Source: Ruditapes philippinarum (taxonomy: Eukaryota). Taken from it: a stretch of DNA of 64,000 nucleotides. The notes beneath the pieces were generated by a model, which saw only the letters and a program-made list of their open reading frames with translations, was not told the DNA's origin and searched no databases. Of the stretch, positions 53,039-64,000 are shown piece after piece. Positions within the stretch are counted from its first letter, which is position 1; every line of letters starts with the position of its first letter. A program made the position numbers and the translations under genes. Where the stretch lies: positions 124,001 to 188,000 of the forward strand of contig NW_026855260.1 of the NCBI RefSeq assembly GCF_026571515.1, in the 5' to 3' direction.

Positions 53039-53947
53039 TTTAGCTCACTCACCTGAGCTAGCCCAGGTTAGCTTTTAGGATCATTTAATGTCCGTCGTCC
53101 GTTCTCATTTGTTCGTTAACACTCAAGCGGCCCTATGTTTGCCTCAATCATCATCAAAGTTTGTCAGAATGCTTAACTAGGTGATAGCTCAAATAAGTTG
53201 GAACATGGTTTATCTCTGATCACAGGATATAATAGAGCGACATTGTTTACATTCGAATGGTCTCATTATTGTCATCAAAGTTTGTCAGAAAGCTTATCTA
53301 TGCAATTGCTCGGATGAGTTCGAACATGGGTCATCTCGGATGTAAAACAAGGTCAAAGGAGCTAAAAGTAGAAAAAATCTTGTTAACACTATAGTTGCTA
53401 CTTTTTTAATTAAAATGTCCTGTAAATTGGTCTGAAAATTTGTTTTTTATAATTTCTACGACAAGTAAAAATATGGGTCATCTGGGGTCAAAAACTATGT
53501 CAGACTGCCCAAGTATCGAAAACCTTGTTAACATTCTAGTTGTCAATTTTTTGACTCAAGAATCACCAAACTTGATCATGATGCTTGTCTAGGTTATTGC
53601 TCGGATGAGTTCGAATATGGGTCATCTCGCATGAAAAAACTAGGTCACAGGAGCTAAAATTATACAAAAATTTGTTAACTCTCTAGTTACTAATGTTTTG
53701 ATCCAAGTATCCTGGAAACTGGTCTGAAAGTTTGTTCTTATGATTTCTTGGTCAAGTTCGAATATGGGTCACCTTGGGGAAAGACGAGATCACACTACTC
53801 AAATATGGATAATCCTTGTTAACGCTCTATAGGTCAAACTTTTGACACACCTGTTATGACACTTGGTCAGAATACTTGTCTAGGTAATTGTTTGGATGAG
53901 TTCGAGTAATCAAGTGAGCGATCTGGTGCCATCTTCGCCCTCTTGTT
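53039..53947 (+). mobile_element. Pearl-like / Helentron-associated (HINE-type) non-autonomous element with internal tandem repeats
   Basis: 5' TTTAGCTCAC..CTCACCTGAGC..GCCCAGGTTAGC (subTIR plus inverted copy), short GTCC/CGT microsatellite, about six ~146-bp internal repeats, 3' subTIR CAAGTGAGC, then a short GC-rich stem and TCTTGTT. T-rich junctions and no classical TSD. Confidence 0.85.
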
Positions 53948-54932
53948 ACTTTTCGCCCCTGGTCCACAAACGTTTAGTCTGTCTATCATAGCCAGTTGGA
54001 AAGTTGGAATCACTGTCATATTTGTCACTATTCATAGTAAAAACTAAATTAATTAACCTTTCGAAAAAAAAATAACGTCCCGAATTCAACATGGCAAACT
54101 TATATTTTTCATAGTAAATAATCGTTTTGTGTTTTATCGAACCTTTCTTTCTTAAATTATTGATGTTTTCAATATCTTGTTCATTGAATATTTTTAATTG
54201 GATCGGGGAAAGGAATACTTATTATTTTACTTAAGCTCAAAATTTACATAATCTCCAAGCATTCATATGCAGATGTGCTTTACTATAATGCATATCTACA
54301 CAGTTAAAAATGGGTATAATTTTTTTCAAATATTTTCAAAAAATCCAAAAATACCGTTCATGTAAACACCATTTCAGCATAATTGCAAATGCTGAGCGTT
54401 AACTTAAATTATTCAACTGAAATACAATATCTTTTTCCTGCGTTAATAGCGAACAAACACACTTAGGTTTCTATTTGCACTCCTCAAAACTGATTAAGAA
54501 GCTATAAAGTAAACAAATGACAAAGTCTTTATTAATGAAAATGAAAATAATTACATACCTATCTCTTGACAATCCCTCGGTTCCATTGCATTGTTTAATA
54601 AAACAATTTTATAAAAAGAAAGCTAAATAGTTGCAATAAATTCCATTTATTGGCTGCACAAAATTTGTAAAAAGGGCATGTAAAATAAGTGATGATATCA
54701 ACGATTTTTTTCTAAACAACACTTTAAATTGTTTGTTTCTGGTTATTCTATGAAATGTACATGTGACAATGAAATGTTCATAGTTTTTCAAACATTTTCA
54801 TTTTTTTCTGTGTACGTAGTCACAAATGTTTCATAAGTGATAAGTGTATGTAAATATATAATATAATATGCAGATTTGTTAATATTAGTTGATAAAGTTT
54901 TAGAACAGAACTTTGTGACATCAATACATAAT

Positions 54933-54984
54933 TAGATAGATAGATAGATAGATAGATAAATAAATCAATAAATAAATAAATAGA

Positions 54985-55015
<31 letters not shown>

Positions 55016-55016
55016 A
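54933..55016. repeat. Compound (TAGA)n/(TAAA)n microsatellite
   Basis: Direct reading. The paralogous position (~50110-50145) has only a short imperfect TAAA tract. Confidence 0.95.
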
Positions 55017-55973
55017 CAATATCGTCAAGGTACAATAAATCAAGTTATGAATATCCTGTCGATAACAGTATTTAAGGTTAAATACTCCACTTCAGACAGA
55101 GACAGGAAAATTCAACAACTTTCACGCAAAATATTCCTTCGTCTATTTAATTTTGAAAGCCGTCTAACAGAAAACATGATAACTATTTTGCAATGGTAAT
55201 ATGTCCTTTAACTACTGCAGCTGCTCAGGTAATTGAAAGCGTGTTAAACCCAGAATTCTGTTAGTTATTTTTGCAAAACAAATAACGACAAAAACTCGAA
55301 CAATAACATCATTATGTATAAAAAGGTTGTGAAAACGACTTGTTACCTTCTGAGAAGCGAATATGTCTTTTCGTTGTTTTCAAAGGAACATTTTAGTCCT
55401 TAAATTTCGAATATTTATTAGTTACGTACTCATGTTAACAGTTCTTCGTAAAAGACAGACGAACATATACATTATTTTACATTTCATGCAATTTCATGTA
55501 AGATATAGACATCATAAATTCTTTGAATGCATCAATGTTTGCATGGTTTCTAGAATGGAGCCAGCGATTGCATAAATATATATAAAAGTCTTGTAACTGT
55601 ACTCTCCGATATGGATATGCATAAAGACGTAATGTTATGTCAATGTTAAGAAAATATAATTAAAGATTCAGAAATACAAGCCTGTAAAAAATTTACTTTT
55701 AAGGAGTTACGGGGTTAAAAATTTGTGTATTTGAATTGTAGTATACGTATAAAGAGCATATTAAGTACAGTATTACAACAGTTAAAAAGACGGTAATTCT
55801 TTTTTATTCTCCTATAATTATAAAATCTATTGTGAGTGTTGCATTTGTAAAAATAGGTATAAATCACATAAAGACCATATTGTAACTTAAATATTTTTGC
55901 GACAAAAAAAGCAACAAAACTCAAAACATAGCATTGAATCAATAAAATGAATATTAAATTCATTGACATGTTA

Positions 55974-56335
55974 CAGTTAAACCGTAATTATATGCTATCT
56001 TCCAAAGCCAAGTAATAGAAAGAGCATTGAAACGCGAAGCTATCTGATTTGCAGGAGGGGGCGTAGATAATTAGTCAGATTGCCGAGCATTTTTATGTTC
56101 TTTCTCTTTGTATCATAGTCAAACATAAAAACACGTTCACTGTTGTCACAATGTGAATCCCAAGAAAAAGTAACCAATAAACGGGCATCTGAATATGATA
56201 TTTCTATCGCTTTCCCGTCACAATAGGTAACCCCAAGCAAAATGGGCCAATCAATGGGCATGCTATTGAGTGCGTTTAACTAAAACCTGCACCCCAGTTA
56301 ACGCACTGTGCTTGTATATCTTAACGGTTAAACTG
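55974..56335. mobile_element. Tc1/mariner-pogo-type MITE
   Basis: TA|CAGTTAAACCGTAATTATATGC ... GTATATCTTAACGGTTAAACTG|TG: imperfect ~22-bp TIRs with a TA TSD on the left and TG on the right. No counterpart in duplicate copy A around 51490. Confidence 0.65.
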
Positions 56336-57010
56336 TGACATATTTTCAACAGAAAGGTCCCCAAACTATCATACAATTTAATATTATCTCGCTTTAATTT
56401 TCACATTTTGTTCTATCTACTTTTATGTCATTCATCTTCAACATGAAATAAACGAACATTTGTTACCATACAATGATAGGATATATTGTATCGATTTTTT
56501 AAACTGAAGGGAATAAAATACGCTATACGATAAGTATAAAAATAGTGTTTTAAGCGTTTCAAGATGCGTTTGACATAGTAATTGAAATTAAAATCACTGG
56601 GGATATGAATACATTAGGTTTCCTTTTGAATACAATAGTCAATGAAAACATCGTTTTCAAGCAATGTAAATTGTTATCTATGATAGAAAATTTTGTTTTA
56701 CTAACAGAGAGTTCAAATAAATATGCATTTGTCAGCAATATTTTATCAACGGTATTTTAAAATATTAAACTTTCCTCAAAGATGAGTACAATTCACCTTA
56801 CATTTAAATAAATACATCAAGGCTATTCACAAACGACATTCTTAAATCAACTGAAAATACAAGGTGGTTGGTTAACACAGGGATACTGCAAATGATTAAA
56901 CTGTGAGCACGTAAAAACATTACTTTAACAAGAAAGGCATTGATGCAAAGCAAAGCATCAATGGGCGCCCAAGCAAGACATGAAGCAAGTGAAGATGAAC
57001 AAGTAGACAT

Positions 57011-57578
57011 CTGGACCCGGTTGTTCAAAACATTTGTTAGTGAAACGGATAAAAACATTATCCACTGTTTATAATTTGTCTGTTGGATAAATTCAGTTTC
57101 TCAAAAGTTATTTATTTCCGATAACAAAAAAAAAAATAATAAAAACATCTCTTTTTTCAAATTTTGAATTGATATTGCTTTCAATAAATAGGCAATATTC
57201 TAGCTACGAAAATGAGTACTGACACCTGTATGTTTTATTTTAAAATAAGAAAGTTATGACTGTTTGACAGAACAACAACAACAACAACTCCGAATTGAAT
57301 TGAAAAGTTGTTCCAGAAGCTCTTTTTAAAAAAAATGTTTAATTTAATTATATGCATAAGACATTTTCTAGTTAAGAACAAATAAAAATATATATCTGTA
57401 AGAAAAGTCTAGTATCAAACATGTGAAAATGAGTGGTTAAAGTTAACCACTGGACCATATTTCATCTTTAACTTAACTGTTCAGCAATATAAATTATCCA
57501 ACAGACAATTTTTAGCCAGTGGATAATGATTTTATTCATATTTCATCAATAACCAATGTTTTGAACAACAGGGCCCAG
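57011..57578. mobile_element. MITE with long imperfect TIRs (superfamily uncertain, possibly PIF/Harbinger-ISL2EU)
   Basis: CTGGACCCGGTTGTTCAAAACATT...CATTATCCACTG..TGTCTGTTGGATAA mirrors TTATCCAACAGACA..CAGTGGATAATG...AATGTTTTGAACAACAGGGCCCAG (~80-bp arms). Flanked by AT on both sides. Confidence 0.85.
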
Positions 57579-59426
57579 ATGAACAGGTATTCTTATAATT
57601 TTTTCAATGGTTAAATGGGTTTTACCAGATTTGTATATCATTTATGAATGGGCAAACACAAGACATAATTCATAGTGAATTTTAGTAGGCAGGCTAGAGT
57701 TTAGAATATTAAATGTGTTTTTACGCAGGAACTTTAATTTCTATAAATATTAACGATAATATCCTTAATATACAGGTCTATTATATTCAAAATATACCAC
57801 CTATATAGTATAAGTCTTTTTTGTTTTTGTTTTATATAGGGGGTATTTTTGAATATTAATATTAATACTGGGTATTTGGTAGAATTGCAAGTTCATATGA
57901 TATTCTCTTTGGAACATACAAAATACATTGTAGTAGTCAAAATGAGCAAAGTCTGTTAATTGATTTATTGGGAGGTCAAACTACTATTTTAATTAATTAC
58001 CTCAAAAACTTCGTCGGACCCACCAGAGTGTTTACATTCTTATCTATAAACCTATAAAAACTTATATTAAAATTGCAGACGAAAGTTTCTGTTGTAAAAA
58101 TGGCACAATATTTTGCAAATGAACATTCCACCCAAACTACCATAAAATCGTTTGCCTTTAAACAAAAGAAGAACAGTTAGTTATTAAAGAGACTTTAACT
58201 ATAAATAATAATTCTAGACCTGAGTAAACTGTCGCACATCTTCAAAACAAAAGCGACATTTAATTAAAAGTTATGAACAATATCTACACTTAGGGCAAAC
58301 ATTTTGTGCCCTATCTCAAGGTCTGTTTAAATATTCGCGGTAAAAATGTCATACATGTAAGTGCAATCGGGGCCGTATAATAGAAAACCGCAGAGACTTA
58401 CGGAAAAGACACTTTCAAATTATAACACTTCGTAAATATTAGTTATTTCTATAGATTTATAAAGAGTGCAATTTATTGTTTTAATATAGTTGCATTTCAT
58501 TTCCTGCAAAATTTTCCAGTCCAAAGCGCGACACGAATGACCGTTTCGTTACACTTAATCTACGTCTATTAATAAATTTTCGGATTTTATCAATATTAAG
58601 TTCACCATTCTATTTATAGGTACAGCAGTAGCATACATAACAACCCATATGATAAAGATCCGAAAATAGCGATTAATTGACGGATTAGATAATTTCATTC
58701 ATATATGTTTGCATTGCGAAAATCTCCAGTTCGCTATTCATTGTACAAATTGCACTATTTCATTTATAATCAAATACCCTCATACCAATCGGAATGATCG
58801 GCTATTATAGTAAACAATTGCGCTTTTACAAAATCTTTCATTCCATAAAGGGCGTGGTGCTTCGGTGCAGACGCCAACAAATAAAAAATATGTTCTCTAG
58901 TAGCAACTGTCCAATATTAAATATGAGAAACAACAATTTGAGCAACAACCTGTAAAATGACATGGCGATGAACTGTATTTATTATATGATCTAAATATAG
59001 CTGCAATCTCATTGGTCCAAACAGTAGTCAACAGAACTTTTTATAAAATCATATTTAATGGGTGTAGTATCATATTCACTGGCTGAATTGGATTTTCCCA
59101 GTCTAAAAATAGATTGAGACTCATATTCAATGATCATACACCGTAGACTGTTAATTACGCGTGTCGATTAAATAATAATTGTTGCTTTTTGTTCTTTATT
59201 GCATATTTCTCGATTTAAATATCAATACTTTACAATTATACTTAAAGGTAACACCGCAATGATGAGTATAGACTTGAATTATTTTTGTATGCGCAGCGTT
59301 CGCGTAGTCGTTGCACGCCTAACACGTGCGTCTTTTTTCCCGCGCTTCAACGAAGCAAAATGTGTACATGTATATAAAATTGTACTTTTGTGATTTTTTT
59401 TTATTTCTTAGCCTATTCATATAATA

Positions 59427-59573
59427 AAACAATTACTGACTAGTGAACCATAGAATATGATGTGATATTCACCGGCAGAAAGTCATATTGACCTCGGCTA
59501 TCGCCTCGGTCAATATGTCATCTGCCGGTGAATATCACATCATATTCAATGGTTCACTAGTCAGTAATTGTTT
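59427..59573. repeat. Near-perfect 147-bp palindrome, probably the end of a larger non-autonomous element (~58975-59580)
   Basis: AAACAATTACTGACTAGTGAACCAT.GAATATGATGTGATATTCACCGGCAGA...CATATTGACC [TCGGCTATCGCCTC] GGTCAATATG...TCTGCCGGTGAATATCACATCATATTC.ATGGTTCACTAGTCAGTAATTGTTT. Confidence 0.92.
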
Positions 59574-60460
59574 AATATTGTTTACTTACTGCAACGACAT
59601 GCTGGCACATTATATCGATTTTCTTTGTTCAGAAATGGTAACTTTGAGAAATTGTATTGTTTTTACTTTTTTATCATAGAATAATGTTAATCATTTCAAA
59701 GGCACATTTACTTGATATTGTGCAAGCTGTATACAGCTATGGTTTCGTTGGCCAGTCTAGACAAAAATGAATATTTTTTCTCCATCGATTTATTAATTAT
59801 TCCCTCGCAAAAAGTGTAATATGATAAATGCACTTGGATGTTTGTTTGTTGTTGTGTGTGTTTTGTTTTCCAGTTTTACACTGATTCTAACATTTTGGTC
59901 AAATCGCGGTGGTAGATCAAGCTATATCTAGCAAGCGCCGCTGGATAAATAACACATTAATTTCGTATTACAAATGAGCGACTACTAATTGTTTTACAAC
60001 AATGGTGGAGACAAATAACAATAGGTTTCAATGTTCGAAATCAACATTAATTAATTGTAACAACCAACCTAAATCGATCAAGTGACCCCTGGAATGTTTT
60101 CCGCTGCTCGTATTATTTAGCAAGCGATTGGACAATTAAATCGGATGCAATGCAATATGTATCAGTAAAATAGTTATGTACTACTGGTATATATAGGTCT
60201 ATTGCTGTTGTGTATTGTATATCTGTGTCTCATGTTTAACTTTTTTTAAGAGTTACGATAGCTATCATACACATGTTGATAAAAAACCAGAAAGGTTAAA
60301 AAAAAACAATTTCGTACCCTCAACGTGATAAACAAAGTCAAGTTGACATGTATAGGTAGTTACTAATTGTTTCATAAACGGATTATCGCTATTACATGAA
60401 TGATATAACGACCACCCCTCTTTGTGTGATGTTACACAGACTTGCCAGTAATTTCTTAGT

Positions 60461-62688
60461 CATTTTAAACATATTTTTTCTGGAGATAATAATTTCTGTA
60501 ATGAAAATGCTGAGAATGATTTGTCAAATGATAATAATATTAATAATGTAGAGCAACTTGACATTTTGTTTACTGTTGAAGAAGTTTTACAAGCTATTTC
60601 AGAGTTAAAACGAGGAAAAGGCGCAGGTATTGACTGCCTTATTCCAGAAATGTTTATTGATTGCAACGATATACTTGCACCGTTATTGTGTAAACTTTTT
60701 AACCATATGTATATTAATTGTATTTACCTAGACAGCTGGACTAAAGGTGTAGTTGTCCCAGTTCCTAAAAAAGGAGATCAAAATAATGTGAATAATTATA
60801 GAGGAATTACTCTTACTAGCATTTCTTCTAAGATATTTTTCTACACTTTTAAATACACGTCTTCGTAAATGGGCCGAATCAAATGAATTATTGTCCGATT
60901 TCCAATTTGCTTTTAAGGAGAACAAAAGCACGGTCGACTGTATGTTTGTTTTAACATCCAAAAAAGAAAGATTTATCTCCCATGAGAAGAACAAACTTTA
61001 TTGTGCTTTCGTAGATTTTCTTAAAGCGTTTGATAGGGTTTACAGGAATGGTATATGGTTGAAAATATTACAGTGTGGTGCTTCCTCTAGGTAAGTCAAG
61101 ATGTTACAAAAAATATATGAACAAGGAAATTGTTGTGTTCGTGTTAATCCTCAGTATACTGAAAATTTTGATGTATAAAGGTAGTTAAGCAAGGCGAACC
61201 TTTATCGCCCTTGCTATTGTTATTTTTTTTATTAATGATATGGAACATTGTATATAAAATAATACCATAGATTCTTTTTGTATTGATAAAATTAGAATGT
61301 ATTTATTGTTATTTGCAGATGACACTGTTTTAATGTCGTATTCTAGATATGGTCTTCAGAATATTTTAAATAACTTACATGCATATTGTACAGATTGGGG
61401 GATAAGTGTTAATATAGATAAACAGTTGTTATTGTTTTTAAAAAGGGCAACAGACCAGAAAATATAGATTTATTCTATGATAATTGTAAACTTAATATTG
61501 TCACAAAATTTACATATCTTGGAGTTACATTATCTTCCAATAGTTGTTTTTACAGGTTCAAAAATCTTTATCACAACAGGCATATTCTCTTGCTTCATTA
61601 TTTGATATTGTATCGCTGACTGTATCGGAAAAAATTAAGTTGTTTGATTCCATGATTGCTTCTATTATGAACTATGGGTGTGAAAAATGGGGGTTTCATA
61701 AGACCCCAGATATAGAACGGCTGCATATGGAATTCATGAAACAAATATTGCAAGTAAGACAGCAAAGACCCAATGCTACAATATTCGGAGAATTAGGTAG
61801 ATTCCCTATGATATCATACATAAGATAAGAATTATCCGATACTGGTATTCTCTGATATAAAATTACGAAAAATTCAGATTCAACTATGTACAAATTATTT
61901 AATATGCGTGATAGACATGGCAATCATATAAGTGTGTGGTCGAAAAATGTTAAATAAATATTAGATGATACTGGATTTACATATCATTGGAATAATGTCT
62001 CTTTGTCTAATGTGCAAATTCAAAATGTAATACAATGCATATAATTATGATCAATATTTACAACAATGGTTTTCTGATCTTAGAACTCAACCTAAACTTG
62101 AAACGTATTTATTACTGAAAACAGATTTTGAACCAGAGAAATAAATTTCTTGTGTTAAGAATGAAAATCATAGAATTAGTTTGACCAGATATAGATGCTC
62201 TGCACATAACTAACTTATAGAAGAAGGAAGACATAGAAATAGAGAAAGAAACCTTAGAACTTGTACCAAATGTAATATGAATGTCATTGAAAATGAATAT
62301 CACTTTCTCTTAGTTTGTCCGTTTTATAGAGAAGTACGTATCAAATGTATGCCAAATTCTTATTGTCATTGGCCTAATTTATTCAAGTTTAAAAATCTTC
62401 TTAACAGTTCTCAAAGCAGTACTATTATTAAGCTAGCTAAATATATATACCAACCATTTTCTTTAAGAGGATGATTATAAATAATTTATGTATTGTGTAA
62501 CCTGTGTTGTAATGTCATAAATAATTAATTTTATATGTTTTTATGTTCAAAGTATATAATTGTTATTATCATGCTTTTCTCATGTTCAAAATATGTATTG
62601 TTTTGTATTGTGCCGCCAGAATACTATATGTATTGGCGATAAACATTGTATATATGTTAAAGCCAAATAAACATTGAATTGAAAAAAA
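60461..62688 (+). mobile_element. 5'-truncated, decayed non-LTR retrotransposon (LINE; RTE-X-like) ORF2 reverse transcriptase relic
   Basis: Collinear RT motifs across frameshifts and stops: LKRGKGAGID, W..GVVVPVPKKGD..NYRGITL, QFAF, AFVDFLKAFDRV, QGEPLSP (~61190), LFADDT (61309-26), YLGV, YGCEKWG, GELGRFP, and C-terminal IEEGR..CTKC..ENEYHFLLVCPFY. 3' UTR ends AATAAA (62666) plus ATTGAATTGAA. No endonuclease domain. The clade call is from motif memory. Confidence 0.93.
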
Positions 62689-63457
62689 TGTAATTACCTT
62701 ATATGTCTAAATGTAATCATGTATAGGCGAAACACGCACACCTAGTAATAAGTTTCATTATATGAAATAGAATGTATATTGGAATTTGTTGATATTTTAA
62801 CTACCTGGTAGATACACTAAAGATAGCACTAAAGTGTGGATTGTAACCAAATATAGATACAGATGTTCACTGCATTTGAAACAAATAACAAATAAAGTAC
62901 CGTTTATGAAATAATGAGAAATGAAACTTTAACATAAAACAAAACTGGAAGAATTATTACAGCGAAATTCAATATAATTGACCACCAACAGGTGCTAGTA
63001 GTCTCGGTGGTTTGCATTTAGTTATTGTTGTTGCAAGACTAGCTCCAAAACATTGAAAAAGAATACTTGATTAAAATATGCTTTTCTATAACAGAGTTAT
63101 CATTTCATAGAATGATTGAGATTGTGTAGTATTGTAATCATTCACAATGAATACCTTACATCGTTAAACCTAAATATCAATATTAATGAAAAAAATATGT
63201 GAAATGTTAAGTGAGAAACACAATTTGTTCATGGACTTCTCAATATTCCTATCAAATCACACACATAAAACAACATCATTCATTGACTATGTAAGCAAAC
63301 ATAAATCTAGATAAAGTAAGTATGTATAAATATAGCTCTTACGACATCTGACAACTTCAGTAATATATGAACTGCATCTTATTATCAGCCGTCATTTAAA
63401 TGTATTAATTATATACTGTCAATCAAAAACCTATTTTCATTGTTTGAGAAACAATAA

Positions 63458-63540
63458 TACTGTAAATCCAGTATTTTTTGCGCTGTTTTAATTTTCGCTA
63501 TTATTCGCGAATCGGCCGCGTCACGAATTCATGATGCCGG
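63458..63540 (+). mobile_element. Possible left end of a TA-flanked DNA-transposon MITE
   Basis: TACTGTAAATCC..TTTTTGCG..TTTAATTTTCGC..TTCGCGA is a CpG-rich start I recall from invertebrate MITEs. No clear matching right TIR (TTTACGGTA at 63822 is only a weak candidate). Confidence 0.35.
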
Positions 63541-64000
63541 GTAAATGTTATAACATAACATACATTATAAAAATTATAAATCTGATGACAATTTAATTTC
63601 TTCCGAATTGTGATTAAGTTTTATAATCATGAATAAATTAACTGAATGCAAATAATTAATATGTGCAATGATAAATCCACATCATAATAAAGATACGAAG
63701 GTTAAAGATTTTTCCCATTCCTGTTTCCTCATGAATAAATGCATTCAAAACATAAAATGAGACAAATAAATTTTGAAATTTACAGACGAATGTGAACACG
63801 TATTGTTTACATGACAATATATTTACGGTAAAACAGTGATCAACGGACAATTTTCATAAGGTAGATTAAGTGTATAACACCTTCTTGTCTACAAACATTT
63901 AAGGTTTTTGCAAACAAAAACTAATTTGACAAATGATTAGATAAGTGAATTACATGTGTGTAGGTACATTTGTATATATTAAAATAATTAAAAAAAAACG

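Larger units (their letters stand above)
54440..56800 (+). repeat. Downstream segmental duplication, copy B
   Basis: Collinear with copy A. Has an expanded microsatellite and a MITE that are not seen in copy A. Confidence 0.9.

Noticed and set aside
55604-55624. CTC CGA TAT GGA (LRYG) as a possible pseudogene end
   Set aside because: In-frame stop seven codons upstream, no other family motifs, and the frame continues YA before the stop.
60447-62701. TSD for the LINE (GTAATTTCTTA vs GTAATTACCTTA)
   Set aside because: Too imperfect and AT-rich to distinguish from chance.
1-64000. Remaining 60-100 aa ORFs; CRISPR arrays or other prokaryotic systems
   Set aside because: The ORFs are I/L/F/K/N/Y-rich chance frames of AT-rich DNA, microsatellites or TE antisense strands. 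There are no regularly spaced short repeats and no operon-like coding density.

Overview
Very AT-rich (roughly 30% GC by eye) eukaryotic genomic DNA. It is most likely molluscan or bivalve, inferred from the repeat types (Meta-domain tRNA-SINE, pearl/HINE-type element, RTE-X-like LINE). Only two convincing host genes are present: a head-to-tail pair of paralogous secreted neuropeptide precursors on the + strand (CDS 36011-36382 and 48002-48370). Each has a signal peptide, an acidic pro-region, a KR site and one 39-40 aa peptide ending RY-G-stop (RY-amide). Each is encoded by a single coding exon directly after a splice acceptor, with a candidate TATA/Inr first exon about 3 kb upstream. The rest is non-coding: an old tandem-duplicated array (about 4-24 kb) with a recurrent ~200-bp core, a second duplication downstream of the genes (about 49.7-56.8 kb), several MITEs and DNA-transposon relics, a young SINE with a perfect 14-bp TSD, long palindromic elements, microsatellites, a 202-nt assembly gap and a decayed, 5'-truncated LINE. 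Most ORFs in the supplied track are chance ORFs.
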